From a virus (Duplodnaviria > Caudoviricetes), in IMG/VR virus record IMGVR_UViG_3300036806_000085, positions 1 to 44,161 of that record: DNA of 44,161 nucleotides. One strand, 5' to 3'. How positions within the stretch are numbered: position 1 is the stretch's first letter; each line of letters begins with the position of its first letter. A program made the translations under genes and the position numbers. A model generated the notes under the pieces. That model was given only the letters and a program-made list of their open reading frames with translations, was not told where the DNA came from and ran no database searches. Of the stretch, positions 18,523-27,834 are shown in pieces.

Positions 18523-19098
18523 CTACGGACTCCACGACCCAGAATCACCACCTTCCGGATCACCGCCGTCACCAGCGACCGTCATACCCGGACCGCCAGA
18601 CTTACCGCCAATCCCCGGAATCTTCCCTTTTGCAAACATCCCGTACGTTCGCGCCGAGCCCGTGGCCAGCGTTTCGTACGATTGATTCTCGATCGATGTG
18701 GCCTTGGCGCGCGCCGCCAGCGCCGACAAACCGGCCTGCGTCTTGTAGCCGAGCGCTTCGCGCATCGCATTATTGCGGATCGTCTGCGCATCGAGTTCGC
18801 CGAAGGTCGCGTCCTGCACCTGAACGGCCAGCGCGGAGCCACTGGACAGACTGACGCCGCTCGCCGCCAGCGCCGCGCGCGCGCGCCCGACCTCTCCGGT
18901 CGTCGCCACTTCCGCCCGTCGCGCCGCCGCACTGCCGCGACTGATCGCGTCCTGCGCTTGAATCGCCGCGAGTTTGGTATCGAAGTCGCTCTGCGTGAGG
19001 ATCGCCCCAGCCGCGCGCTGTTGGTTGACGAACGATCCGACCGCCTCCCCGCCGGACAGAACGCCCGAGGCAATCTGTGCCGATGATGCCATCGCCAT
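18523..19098 (-). CDS. Small internal virion (ejection) protein, gp14-like position
   Basis: AQDAISRG...ARAALAASGVSLSSGSAL...ELDAQTIRNNAMREALGY is typical of this class. ATG 19098 overlaps the upstream TAA. Confidence 0.8.
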   Translation of the reverse strand: MAMASSAQIASGVLSGGEAVGSFVNQQRAAGAILTQSDFDTKLAAIQAQDAISRGSAAARRAEVATTGEVGRARAALAASGVSLSSGSALAVQVQDATFGELDAQTIRNNAMREALGYKTQAGLSALAARAKATSIENQSYETLATGSARTYGMFAKGKIPGIGGKSGGPGMTVAGDGGDPEGGDSGSWSP

Positions 19099-19292
19099 TA
19101 CGCTACCCTCGCTGCGGCGTCTTCCCGCTCGAGCTTTTTGAGTTCCCGCTTCGCGACGAGCCGGTGCTGCTGGTCGTCGTTGATATTCACACCGAGCCGG
19201 ATGATCGCCTGTCGAAGTTCTGCGATACGCAACGTCCGGCGTGCGTGCGCGCGGCCGTGATCCGTCGGGTGTTGTGCGCGTCCAGGCATCAT
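19098..19292 (-). CDS. Small basic hypothetical protein
   Basis: 64 aa. TGATG and TAATG overlaps with both neighbours. Confidence 0.6.
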   Translation of the reverse strand: MMPGRAQHPTDHGRAHARRTLRIAELRQAIIRLGVNINDDQQHRLVAKRELKKLEREDAAARVA

Positions 19293-20299
19293 CAATCCCC
19301 CAGCACGTAGCGGAAAATGAGCGGCGCCACAATCGTCGCGTCCGAGTGAATGTCGAACGTCGGCGTGTCGACATCGAGTTTTGACCACGTAATCTTCTCC
19401 CGTGGCTGTGCCCCAGAATAGCCGCCGTACGACACGTGCGCATCAGTGATCTGGGTGAAGGATGCCCAGAACGGCGTCTTCTTCTCCTGCATTTCCGTGA
19501 GGAGATACGGCACCACGCAGATTGGTCCGTCGCCCGCAATGCCGCCGCCGATTTGGAAGAAGCCGATGGGAGTCTTTTTCGCCGCTGCGCGATACCAGTT
19601 CCCCATCTCTTCGAACCATTCGGTGCCGTCACGGACCGTCTTGTTCTTGACCTCGCCCTTTGCGCGGAGCCCGGCGTACAGATTGCCCGTCGTCGAATCT
19701 TCCCACCCTGGCGTAAAGATCGGGATGTTCATATCCGCCGCCGCGAGCAACCACGAGTTCGCGGGATTCCCCTCGTACTTGTCTGCCAGCACGCCAGAGC
19801 GGATGACGTCGTACAGGAACTCGTACGGGAACTTGCGCACGCCGGCCGCGTCTGCCGCCTTCCACGCGGCCGTCAGTGCGTCACCGACCGGCTTCATGGC
19901 TTCGACTTCGGGGATGGTCGAGTCCGTCACGCGCGGATGCCCCGCCTTCGCCAGCTTCATTTCCTGCTCTGGCGTCAGGTTCGCGTAATTCGGGAGATAG
20001 GTGTACGAGTTGAAGCCGACCAAGTTGAAGAGGTCTTCTTCGAGGTTTGCCCCCGTGCACCCAATCGCGCAGACGTTCCGTTCACGAATCATCCGCGCGA
20101 GCGTGATCCCGATTTGCGCGGTGCTCATGGCGCCAGCGAGCGTGACGAACATATCGCCATCCTGCTCGAGCAAACGAACCCACATCTGCGCCGCTTCCAC
20201 CGTGGTCGCCGCGTTGTAGCCTTGGAAATCGGTTTCCAGTATCCGCCCGAACGGACCGGGCGAACGCCGCAGCGGGGCTTTCGTATCGAAGAGCGACAT
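19292..20299 (-). CDS. Deoxyhypusine synthase-like / homospermidine synthase family protein
   Basis: TLAGAMSTA, CTGANLEED, PGWEDST, FQIGGGIAGD, SYGGYSGAQPREKITWSK (catalytic Lys region) and SDATIVAP motifs, all intact. 335 aa. Confidence 0.93.
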   Translation of the reverse strand: MSLFDTKAPLRRSPGPFGRILETDFQGYNAATTVEAAQMWVRLLEQDGDMFVTLAGAMSTAQIGITLARMIRERNVCAIGCTGANLEEDLFNLVGFNSYTYLPNYANLTPEQEMKLAKAGHPRVTDSTIPEVEAMKPVGDALTAAWKAADAAGVRKFPYEFLYDVIRSGVLADKYEGNPANSWLLAAADMNIPIFTPGWEDSTTGNLYAGLRAKGEVKNKTVRDGTEWFEEMGNWYRAAAKKTPIGFFQIGGGIAGDGPICVVPYLLTEMQEKKTPFWASFTQITDAHVSYGGYSGAQPREKITWSKLDVDTPTFDIHSDATIVAPLIFRYVLGD

Positions 20300-20304
20300 G
20301 GATT

Positions 20305-22851
20305 CTATCTCGCCGGCGTAAGAGAGCCCTGCGGAACGGCGGCGAGCACGCTGACGGGAACCGGATCCACCTGGCGCACGAACATCCGTCCGCCGCGGCT
20401 CCACTGCGCATCGATGTTCGCGTAGATGTATCCCGTATCCGTCGGCGGTGGTTGCGTCATGTCGTCGTCTTCGTCACGCAATTTGAACTCGTCAAGTTCA
20501 TCGAGTGGGTCAGCGCCAGCCGCCGGCGCGTTCTGGCCCGCGAAAATGCCGCGAGAACTTTCCACGAACAGCCCTACGCGATTGACCAGCACCTTCATGT
20601 CCTTCAGACTCTCCCCGCCGGCGGTGTCAATGTCGAGGGTTTCGAGGTCGCCGATATACGGTAGGCCGACCCAGATGTGCGCGTACGGCCGATCAAGCGT
20701 GACCACGCCAGCGGCAACCGTCCTGATGTCGATGCTCGAGTTATTCGGGCTCGCCACGACAAACCCATCGGCGAACACGCTGACGCTCTTTGCTTCGAGG
20801 TGCGAGAGGCCGCCGACACGCGGCACCGCATGATCCCATAGCGCGATCGGCGTGGCCCGCATCGACATCGGCACAGTGATGTTCGGGAAGCCGGTAACGT
20901 GCTGCGCGTCGGTGTAGCCATCGATCGTGAACGTCACCACGGACCCGTCTGGCGCGTGCAGCACGATCGCATCGTCGACCATCTCGCTCGTAAAGAAGTT
21001 CCCGCTCGCCTGCAGGATCAGGGTTTCGTCGTACACCCAATCGGTGCCGTACGTGAGTTCCATCGTGACGCTCCCCGCGGCACCAGCGTTGCGGCCATCG
21101 TATTCGAGCGCCGCATCCATGAACACGGGATCCGCGACGTAGTCGATAATGTCGATCGGACGCATCCGCTCCACGTAGCGCGCGGTCGCGCCGTTCACCA
21201 CCCGGCGCACGATCAGGTACACGGCATCTTCGTTCCCTTCCGGGACGACGCAGACGTTTTCCACGAACCCGTCGGTGTCATGACGATGCCACGCGATCAA
21301 CTGTTGGTCTGGAAGGTACGTGAGGCCGAGCAGCGCACCGTCAGACCGGACGATCCAGACAATGCCGTTCGGGTTCTGCTGATTCGCCCAATCGACGATC
21401 GTGAATCCTTTCAGCAGATGCGAGCTCATGATCGAGATGTCCGCTCCTTGGAACGTGTAGTACCCGTACAGCACGTTCGTCTTCAGTTCGAGCACGCGGC
21501 CGGCGAGCGCCTGCACGTACAGGATGGTGTTGTCGACCTTGACGGGCTTTAGCGCATTGCATCCGTTGTACGATCCGATCCGATCGTTCACCTGCGCCGG
21601 CGTCATGACGCCGTTCGAATCCCCATCGCACAACCATTCAGCGCCTTCTGTGCCGATGATCAGTTTGCCGAGATTTAGGATATGCTTGATCTGGTCGACT
21701 TCGTCGGAGACCATCGTGAAGACGATCGGCCCGTCGTCGGTCAGCGGCGTCGTCTGATTGAAGTTCGCGTAATCGCCGGACCGACTCGCCCACACCCGCG
21801 CGGGATTGTTTAGGGTCGACGCGAAGATGCGCCGCTGCTGGTAGAAGCCGACGACCGAGGGATAATTCCCAGCGTCAGTGAAATCGGTAAACGGTTGCGG
21901 TGGTTGCGTACTGAAGTCGGGAACTTCAGCGCCGGTATTCAGGAATGTCGGCGGTGTGCTGTACTTGATCGTGGCCTGCCCGAGCAGACCCAGTGCGCCC
22001 AGGTTGATTCCGACGTAGACGTTGTAGACCGTGCATCCGGGAACGGCGGTACAGGTGATGCTGTGTGGAGCGGCAGCGGTCGGATCAGAGAAAAAGTAGA
22101 ACGTATTCGGGGCGTCCGGCAACGACTCCTCGCCGGTCACGTCATCGATCGCCGTGATCGCATACTGCCACGTGTGCGGGCCGCTGCTCCCCGTTCCCGT
22201 CGCGGCAATGCCAGTCGGCGCCGCAGCCGATGGTGCGAAGATAATCTCCACTAACTGCCAGTGCGTATTGGAGAGGCGACGCAACTCGTATGGTGGATAG
22301 AGCGGATGCACCAGCGTCACGATGTCGCCGGACTGTACGAAGTTCAGTGTCTCGATGTCCGCCGCCGCGTACGGCGTGGTCATCTCGAAAATCGTGTCGA
22401 CCAGGGGATACCACACGCCGGGGTACGGCGGCGGAATCAAACTGCTTGATGGACCGTTCGCTTCGAGGCAGACGTATGTGACGCCGCCTGGCGGGAAACC
22501 GGTTGAGACGATATCACCCGGCACATAGTCGACGGCATCGCTGTAGGCCGGCGCATTCGCCGCGACCACCGGAGCGCCGTCTTGAAAGAACCGCAACTTC
22601 TGGTCGCCAAACTCCAACACGAGCGAATCGCGCACGTTGAAGATGAACGGAATCAGCCGTTGCTGGATCGTCGGATCCATCACGGAGTCGGCGAACTCGG
22701 TACCCGGCCGGTATGCCGCTCCGCCCTCGCGCATGATGATAAAGTTGCGACACGTGCGGAGTCCGATGATGTACTTCGCGATGTCGGTGCGCGCGTAAAA
22801 GGGCGGCGCGAGTTCCCCCGCCGCGAACGATCGCTGCGCAACGTTCGACAT
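20305..22851 (-). CDS. Tail tubular protein B / nozzle (T7 gp12-like)
   Basis: QRSFAAGELAP...RPGT, QSGDIV, YPSVVGFYQQR and AWHRHDT motifs. 848 aa. Confidence 0.9.
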   Translation of the reverse strand: MSNVAQRSFAAGELAPPFYARTDIAKYIIGLRTCRNFIIMREGGAAYRPGTEFADSVMDPTIQQRLIPFIFNVRDSLVLEFGDQKLRFFQDGAPVVAANAPAYSDAVDYVPGDIVSTGFPPGGVTYVCLEANGPSSSLIPPPYPGVWYPLVDTIFEMTTPYAAADIETLNFVQSGDIVTLVHPLYPPYELRRLSNTHWQLVEIIFAPSAAAPTGIAATGTGSSGPHTWQYAITAIDDVTGEESLPDAPNTFYFFSDPTAAAPHSITCTAVPGCTVYNVYVGINLGALGLLGQATIKYSTPPTFLNTGAEVPDFSTQPPQPFTDFTDAGNYPSVVGFYQQRRIFASTLNNPARVWASRSGDYANFNQTTPLTDDGPIVFTMVSDEVDQIKHILNLGKLIIGTEGAEWLCDGDSNGVMTPAQVNDRIGSYNGCNALKPVKVDNTILYVQALAGRVLELKTNVLYGYYTFQGADISIMSSHLLKGFTIVDWANQQNPNGIVWIVRSDGALLGLTYLPDQQLIAWHRHDTDGFVENVCVVPEGNEDAVYLIVRRVVNGATARYVERMRPIDIIDYVADPVFMDAALEYDGRNAGAAGSVTMELTYGTDWVYDETLILQASGNFFTSEMVDDAIVLHAPDGSVVTFTIDGYTDAQHVTGFPNITVPMSMRATPIALWDHAVPRVGGLSHLEAKSVSVFADGFVVASPNNSSIDIRTVAAGVVTLDRPYAHIWVGLPYIGDLETLDIDTAGGESLKDMKVLVNRVGLFVESSRGIFAGQNAPAAGADPLDELDEFKLRDEDDDMTQPPPTDTGYIYANIDAQWSRGGRMFVRQVDPVPVSVLAAVPQGSLTPAR

Positions 22852-22853
22852 GC

Positions 22854-23579
22854 TTACCGCCGATCCCGGATGGCTTCGCTGTCCGGCAACTGGTCTGGCT
22901 GTTCCTCGTTGCCCGCGTTCGCCTGAGCGCGCGCGATGGCCCAGCTATACATCTTCAGGCAGTAGTCGCCGCGCTTGAACTTATCGCCGCCCGTGACCAG
23001 TCCCGCGATGTACGCCCCGAGCAGGAACGCCAGCGCTTGCGAGAAGTCTGAGGGATAGAACGGCGGATTGTCGAGCTCGAATGTGTACTCAAGTTGTGGC
23101 AGTCCGGGTTGCGCGAGTGCTTGCGATGACGCCGGGATCGGCGCGACTGGCGCCAAGTCACAGTAGATCAACTCGCCCGAGTCGTCCGCCATGAGCCGGT
23201 ACGGAATCCGTGTCTGCGCGGTCATGATGCGCGCGGCTGGTGTCGCGTAGGGGCCAGCCGCGCTGAAACTATTCGGGAAGGGTGCGACGCTGATATTGCC
23301 GTTGAGGATCCGCCGCGCCGCCAAGCAATCGATCGGCACACGATACGCGTAGCCCCATTCGAACGTCGGTTGCTGTTCGACCAGCGCCAGCGTCACGGTC
23401 TTCGTTGCGAACGGCCACGCAAAATCGCGCAAGACCTCGTCTTTGGTCTGATCGTAAAAGTTGGAGCACGCGCGCGCTTCGGCCGACTTCTCGGTCAGAC
23501 TGGCGATGCGCTTCCCGACGGCAAGGTGCGTCAGCGCCATGTTGCAAATCGCGATCTGATTCAGCGTTGCGCGCGGCAT
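22854..23579 (-). CDS. Tail tubular protein A / head-tail adaptor (T7 gp11-like)
   Basis: ICNMALTHL...WPFATK...WGYAYRVPIDCL motifs. Confidence 0.88.
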   Translation of the reverse strand: MPRATLNQIAICNMALTHLAVGKRIASLTEKSAEARACSNFYDQTKDEVLRDFAWPFATKTVTLALVEQQPTFEWGYAYRVPIDCLAARRILNGNISVAPFPNSFSAAGPYATPAARIMTAQTRIPYRLMADDSGELIYCDLAPVAPIPASSQALAQPGLPQLEYTFELDNPPFYPSDFSQALAFLLGAYIAGLVTGGDKFKRGDYCLKMYSWAIARAQANAGNEEQPDQLPDSEAIRDRR

Positions 23580-23580
23580 C

Positions 23581-24261
23581 TCAGACCTTCCACTTGACGA
23601 GTTCTTCTTTCATCTTCACGACCTTCTGTTCACGGGTCATCGTGTAGGCGTGCCAGAAGAGGCTTGCGTTGAAGTTGAATCGCTTCATCACGTCGCCGAG
23701 CGTCTGCACCTTGAAGCCGTTCTGGGCGATGTTGCGCGACAGCGTGTAGTCGTCGATCAGATGACACCGGCTAATCTTCGCATCGCACGCGAGTTCGTTT
23801 GCGGTCGGAAAGATGTTCGCCGTCGCCTGCTCGAGCGTCAGGTCCGCGAGCGGCTTCCACAGATCGATGCACCAGTCCGACGCGATCGTACACCAATTGC
23901 ACGATCCGATGTTGCGGCCGTCGCGATGAAAGAATCGGTCCGGTCGGAAGCGAAGAGACGCGGGGTCCGTCCCGTGGTGGAAGACCGTATCTTTCGACAG
24001 ATGCGCCGTCACGTCGAACATGTCCGGGTGCACCAGCGCGTCCGCATCGAGGAAGATATTCCAGTCATTCCCCATCTCGCGACCGAGTTCGTGAATCTGC
24101 AGCTTCTCGTACACGGGCGGGAACTCCGGGAACTTCCGCTCGGTGATAATGTGGAAGTCCGCCCCGATCTTGTCGGCGTACCGCTCGAACAACGGGAAGG
24201 TGAGCGCGGTAATCTCTGGCGCATAGCCGTCAACCGCGAGCGTGAAGAGCGTCTTTTTCAT
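23581..24261 (-). CDS. Glycosyltransferase (GT-A fold, DxD)
   Basis: YADKIGADF...EKLQI...DWNIFLDADALVHPD, resembling GT8/GT34-type enzymes. Confidence 0.75.
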   Translation of the reverse strand: MKKTLFTLAVDGYAPEITALTFPLFERYADKIGADFHIITERKFPEFPPVYEKLQIHELGREMGNDWNIFLDADALVHPDMFDVTAHLSKDTVFHHGTDPASLRFRPDRFFHRDGRNIGSCNWCTIASDWCIDLWKPLADLTLEQATANIFPTANELACDAKISRCHLIDDYTLSRNIAQNGFKVQTLGDVMKRFNFNASLFWHAYTMTREQKVVKMKEELVKWKV

Positions 24262-24263
24262 GG

Positions 24264-25229
24264 TCAGGCCACCGCAACGGTAAACTGCTGACCCAGCCAG
24301 CGCTCGACCGCGTGACGCTCGCTGGAGCTGAGCACCCGCTGGTAGATGAGGATCGCTTGGAGGGTGCCCGCCAAGAACCCAGAACCGCCCAAGGAACCGA
24401 TAAACGCGGAGGTTGATGCGGTGTTCGACGAGTTACCAGCCGTGAGGAAGGCCGCGTTCGTGACGTCTTGCGTGCCGTTGATCCAGCGCGTCGCCGCCGT
24501 GTTGCCGTAGTCGAGCAGGTGCGTGACGACGTCGCGCGCGGTGGTCATTGTGTTGCCACCCGCGAGCGTGGCGAGCACGTCCGCGTCGAGGCGCACGGCC
24601 TGAAACTGCCACTTGTTTGAGGACGCGGGTCCGATGACCACCCGCGAGGTCGAGCCGCTGCCGATCCGCAACTGCAGAATGTTGCCCGCGACGCCGAGTC
24701 CTGTGATGGACTTCACCGTGAAGATCGTCAGACCCGGAACGTTCTGCCCGAGCGCGAGTGCTGGCGTTCCGCCGTCGAGTCGATCATCGATGCCATCGAA
24801 CAGCAACCCTGTCGCCGTCAGGAGCGGCTGGTTGGTGCCCGTTGCCTTCGACCAGTCAGCCGCATTGCCGCTCAGGTCGTGCCACGCGCTCACCCGTGGC
24901 GCCTGCTTCGTGATCGTGAACGTCGACAGTGCGGCTTCCGTTCCCGAGGGCGAGACCGCCCATGCGGTCCCGCTGCTGCGCGCGCCAATCGTGTAGGCGT
25001 GCCCGTTGGTGATGATCGTATCACCAGGCACGATCGCCCCATCTTGGCTCGTCGTGAACGTCACCGCAGTCGTCGCGATCGTCAGCGTGCCCGCGCCCGC
25101 GAATGCCGCAGTGGTCGAATCCACACTGCGGCGATAGTCGAGCTGCAGCGCGAGATTGGCGCGCACGGGCGGGTACACGCCGCGGCTTCCGCCGTAGTTG
25201 TTGCCAAACAAGAGACGGCGGTTCGGCAT
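24264..25229 (-). CDS. Virion protein with LamG/concanavalin-A-like domain
   Basis: VSAWHDLSGN...FDGIDD...GTLQAILIYQRVLSSSER...WLGQQF is a typical phage lectin-like module. Confidence 0.75.
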   Translation of the reverse strand: MPNRRLLFGNNYGGSRGVYPPVRANLALQLDYRRSVDSTTAAFAGAGTLTIATTAVTFTTSQDGAIVPGDTIITNGHAYTIGARSSGTAWAVSPSGTEAALSTFTITKQAPRVSAWHDLSGNAADWSKATGTNQPLLTATGLLFDGIDDRLDGGTPALALGQNVPGLTIFTVKSITGLGVAGNILQLRIGSGSTSRVVIGPASSNKWQFQAVRLDADVLATLAGGNTMTTARDVVTHLLDYGNTAATRWINGTQDVTNAAFLTAGNSSNTASTSAFIGSLGGSGFLAGTLQAILIYQRVLSSSERHAVERWLGQQFTVAVA

Positions 25230-25230
25230 G

Positions 25231-25686
25231 TTACGAGGCGTTATCCGCTTTGCGCAACCAGAGCGTGATGTCGTACGTGGCACCCGAGACCGCGCCGACG
25301 GTCGTCAGGAGGATCGACCCTTTCGCGTCGGCGTTCCCTTCGCTGGGATCCACCAAGCCGGTAATCTTCGTGAAGCCCTTTACGGCATCGACGCCACCGG
25401 CGCGTTGGCCGCGCAAATCATCGTAGCCATTCCCGGCGAGCAGCATGGCAGTGATCTGCGCCGCCGTGCGATCCCAGCCGAGCTTGACGTTTTGGAAGCC
25501 CTGCATCGCCCAGCGCACCTGCTCGATCCGCAGGCCGGCTGGCTGGACCTTGTAGTAGTTCAGCAACGCGGCGATGTCGACCTTCTTCACGGCCGACTCT
25601 CCGGTGCCATCCGACACGTTCGTCAGGTGGACGACGATGTTGGTGGGACCGTTGAAGACGGTGATGGTCGTTACGGTATCGGCCAC
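25231..25686 (-). CDS. Putative virion structural protein
   Basis: 151-aa beta-rich ORF, AAGGAG RBS, inside the head-tail module. Confidence 0.7.
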   Translation of the reverse strand: MADTVTTITVFNGPTNIVVHLTNVSDGTGESAVKKVDIAALLNYYKVQPAGLRIEQVRWAMQGFQNVKLGWDRTAAQITAMLLAGNGYDDLRGQRAGGVDAVKGFTKITGLVDPSEGNADAKGSILLTTVGAVSGATYDITLWLRKADNAS

Positions 25687-25753
25687 GGCAGGACTCCTTG
25701 TCGGCGCGCACGGTGGCGCGCATGAAAGTGAACAGCGGCCCTACTCAGCACCC

Positions 25754-26113
25754 TCAGAGCACTTCGTCGCCTTCGTCACGCGGTTCGTCGTCAGGATCGA
25801 CGATGTCCAGCGACGAGGGTTCGTTCGCATCTTCGCACCACGTCGGCAGTGCGTACTTATCCTTTCCGACCTTCACGAACTTGATGACGTGGCCGAGATA
25901 GTTCTTGCCGTTCTTGCCCTTCTTGACCGCCTCATCGTACGGCAAGAGGTCAGCGACGCGCATCCGAAACTCTGTGCCGGGGTCGCGCACGTCGGCCAAT
26001 GGATAGCCGTAGAATCCCTTGCGAATCGCCCGGACCTTGACGGTCGGCCCCACCTTCTTGTCTCGCGCCACTTCCCGCTGCATCGCTTCCGCCACGTTCG
26101 CCACTTTGCCCAT
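25754..26113 (-). CDS. Hypothetical protein (head module)
   Basis: KVRAIRKGFYG...RDPGTEF motif, AGGAG RBS, follows the cement gene. Confidence 0.7.
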   Translation of the reverse strand: MGKVANVAEAMQREVARDKKVGPTVKVRAIRKGFYGYPLADVRDPGTEFRMRVADLLPYDEAVKKGKNGKNYLGHVIKFVKVGKDKYALPTWCEDANEPSSLDIVDPDDEPRDEGDEVL

Positions 26114-26141
26114 TGTTCACGTTCTCCTGCTGGGAACTCCT

Positions 26142-26176
26142 GCGGGGCGACGCGTTTGGTTGTGGCGTCGCCCCGC
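26142..26176 (-). terminator. Perfect 12-bp GC hairpin after the capsid-cement genes (terminator or 3' stabiliser)
   Basis: GCGGGGCGACGC-11 nt-GCGTCGCCCCGC. No U-tract. Confidence 0.6.
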
Positions 26177-26189
26177 TGGTCAGAGTTCG

Positions 26190-26672
26190 TTAGTTGATGA
26201 CCACTGCCGTCGCGTAGTACTTGTGACGCCGGAACCAACTCACCGCGGCCAGCCATGCGGTGACTGTGATCGTGCTCGAGTTCGCGCCCGTGAAGTGACC
26301 GGACACGTACCGCTTCGTGATCGAGCCAGGCGGGATCGGGATGATGATGAGTTTCCCAGCGGCAAGTAGCGTCGCCGCCTGCGCTGTGGTGAACGCCACC
26401 GAGACGAGCGTGTCGGGTGAGCTCGACGCGGTCGTCGATGCGGACTGCGTCACTTCAAACTGGTACGTCTCAGTGCCGGCGTGCGTCGCCGCCACGCCAA
26501 CCGAGATGCCGAGCGCCATCGGTTCGCCGGCGGATGGGTCTGGCTGATCGCCGTTCGCACTGTAGACCGAAACGCCGCCGCCGACGGCGCCGCAGTCAAA
26601 GGAGTTCGTGGAATACGCGGACGTCGTGAGGGCCGCCGCATCCCACAGAACGGTCTGCTGGTCGAGAATCAT
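26190..26672 (-). CDS. Capsid cement protein (Bbp16-like)
   Basis: MILDQQ...STNSFD...LAAGKLIIIPIP...RYV...VTAWL pattern, directly after the major capsid gene. Confidence 0.8.
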   Translation of the reverse strand: MILDQQTVLWDAAALTTSAYSTNSFDCGAVGGGVSVYSANGDQPDPSAGEPMALGISVGVAATHAGTETYQFEVTQSASTTASSSPDTLVSVAFTTAQAATLLAAGKLIIIPIPPGSITKRYVSGHFTGANSSTITVTAWLAAVSWFRRHKYYATAVVIN

Positions 26673-26690
26673 GGTCTGTGTTCTCCTGGG

Positions 26691-27824
26691 TTACGAGACC
26701 TGCGTCTCGGTGAGGATGATCCCGTCGCTCTTCCGAATCGGGATGCCCATGAAGAACGGGATCATCTTGCCGTCGACGACCTCGAACTTCAGCTGACCGC
26801 CCGAGATGACATCGCGGCGACGCTCGACCGCGAACATCTCGTAGACCGTCCGGTTCATGTAGATGCCAGCGTTGCCCTTGTCGAACGAGGGAATGCGGGA
26901 AATGGCCATGATCAGCAGTTCAGCCAGATTTGCCGGCGTCGACTGCGTGACGAGGTTCGACACGTCGATGTTCGCGACGCGGACGCAGAAGCGCCAATCC
27001 TTCACGGCGAGGCCGCAGTCCCACATGTACTGATCGACGTACGACAGCAGTAGCGTGCCGGGGTTGCCTGCCGTCACCGCGATCAGCTGTTCGCCGAGAT
27101 CCTTGTGCTGCAACCCGCCGACCATGCCCTTCGGGTAGATCCCGTACACCGTGTCCGGCGACCACACGATCAGCCAGACCGACGTGTTGTCGACGCCGAC
27201 ACCACCGCCATCGACGATGTTCTGGCCGTTGCCCGCCGACAGGCTGGAGTACCGCGCCGAGAGGCCGACGAACTTCTCCGGCGTGATCGCCGAGCCGTAG
27301 AACAGCGTGTCGATGAACGCCTGGTTCATCCCTTCGATGTGCGCCGTCGCTTCCGACAGGCGCGCCGCGCCGGGATTGCCGCCAAGATTGGCGACCTGCA
27401 CGTCGATCGTGGAGATGTCCGCGAGTTCCGCGCACGCCTCGACGACTTGCGACTTCTGCGACTTCGTCGGCGCGATGCCCTGGTTCATGCGGCGCCACGT
27501 CGGGGTCGGCAATCCCGTCCGAATGGTGATCTGATCGCCTGTGACCAGATTGCCTTCGATGAACGGGATGTCGTACATGATTTCGTCCGTCCGGTTCAGA
27601 ATCTCGGCGACCTTCGCTTCGGATCCATCCGGGTTTTTGCCTTTGACGACGTCGACGATGTTGTAGACGCCGGCGCCGATGGTCGTGCCCATCAGCATCG
27701 GCAGGTGGTGCATCGTCTGCGTCGCGATGTCGTGCACCTGCAGCGCAACCGCATGATGACCGTACATCACAGTCACCGCGATCGCCGCGCCGAAGAGCAG
27801 ACACCACCGCGAGAAGTTCTTCAT
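26691..27824 (-). CDS. Major capsid protein (BPP-1/epsilon15-like) with hydrophobic N-terminal leader
   Basis: IPFIEGN...IRTGLPTPTWRRMNQG, LFYG...FVGLSARY, WDCGLAVKDWRFCVRVANID and FMGIPIRKSD motifs. GAGG RBS before ATG 27824. Confidence 0.92.
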   Translation of the reverse strand: MKNFSRWCLLFGAAIAVTVMYGHHAVALQVHDIATQTMHHLPMLMGTTIGAGVYNIVDVVKGKNPDGSEAKVAEILNRTDEIMYDIPFIEGNLVTGDQITIRTGLPTPTWRRMNQGIAPTKSQKSQVVEACAELADISTIDVQVANLGGNPGAARLSEATAHIEGMNQAFIDTLFYGSAITPEKFVGLSARYSSLSAGNGQNIVDGGGVGVDNTSVWLIVWSPDTVYGIYPKGMVGGLQHKDLGEQLIAVTAGNPGTLLLSYVDQYMWDCGLAVKDWRFCVRVANIDVSNLVTQSTPANLAELLIMAISRIPSFDKGNAGIYMNRTVYEMFAVERRRDVISGGQLKFEVVDGKMIPFFMGIPIRKSDGIILTETQVS

Positions 27825-27834
27825 GGTGTGATCC

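Noticed and set aside
17566-19086. Long plus-strand ORFs (e.g. 506 aa here, 19436-20425, 15342-16394, 41606-42688)
   Set aside because: Antisense shadows of GC-rich minus-strand genes, with no recognisable motifs.
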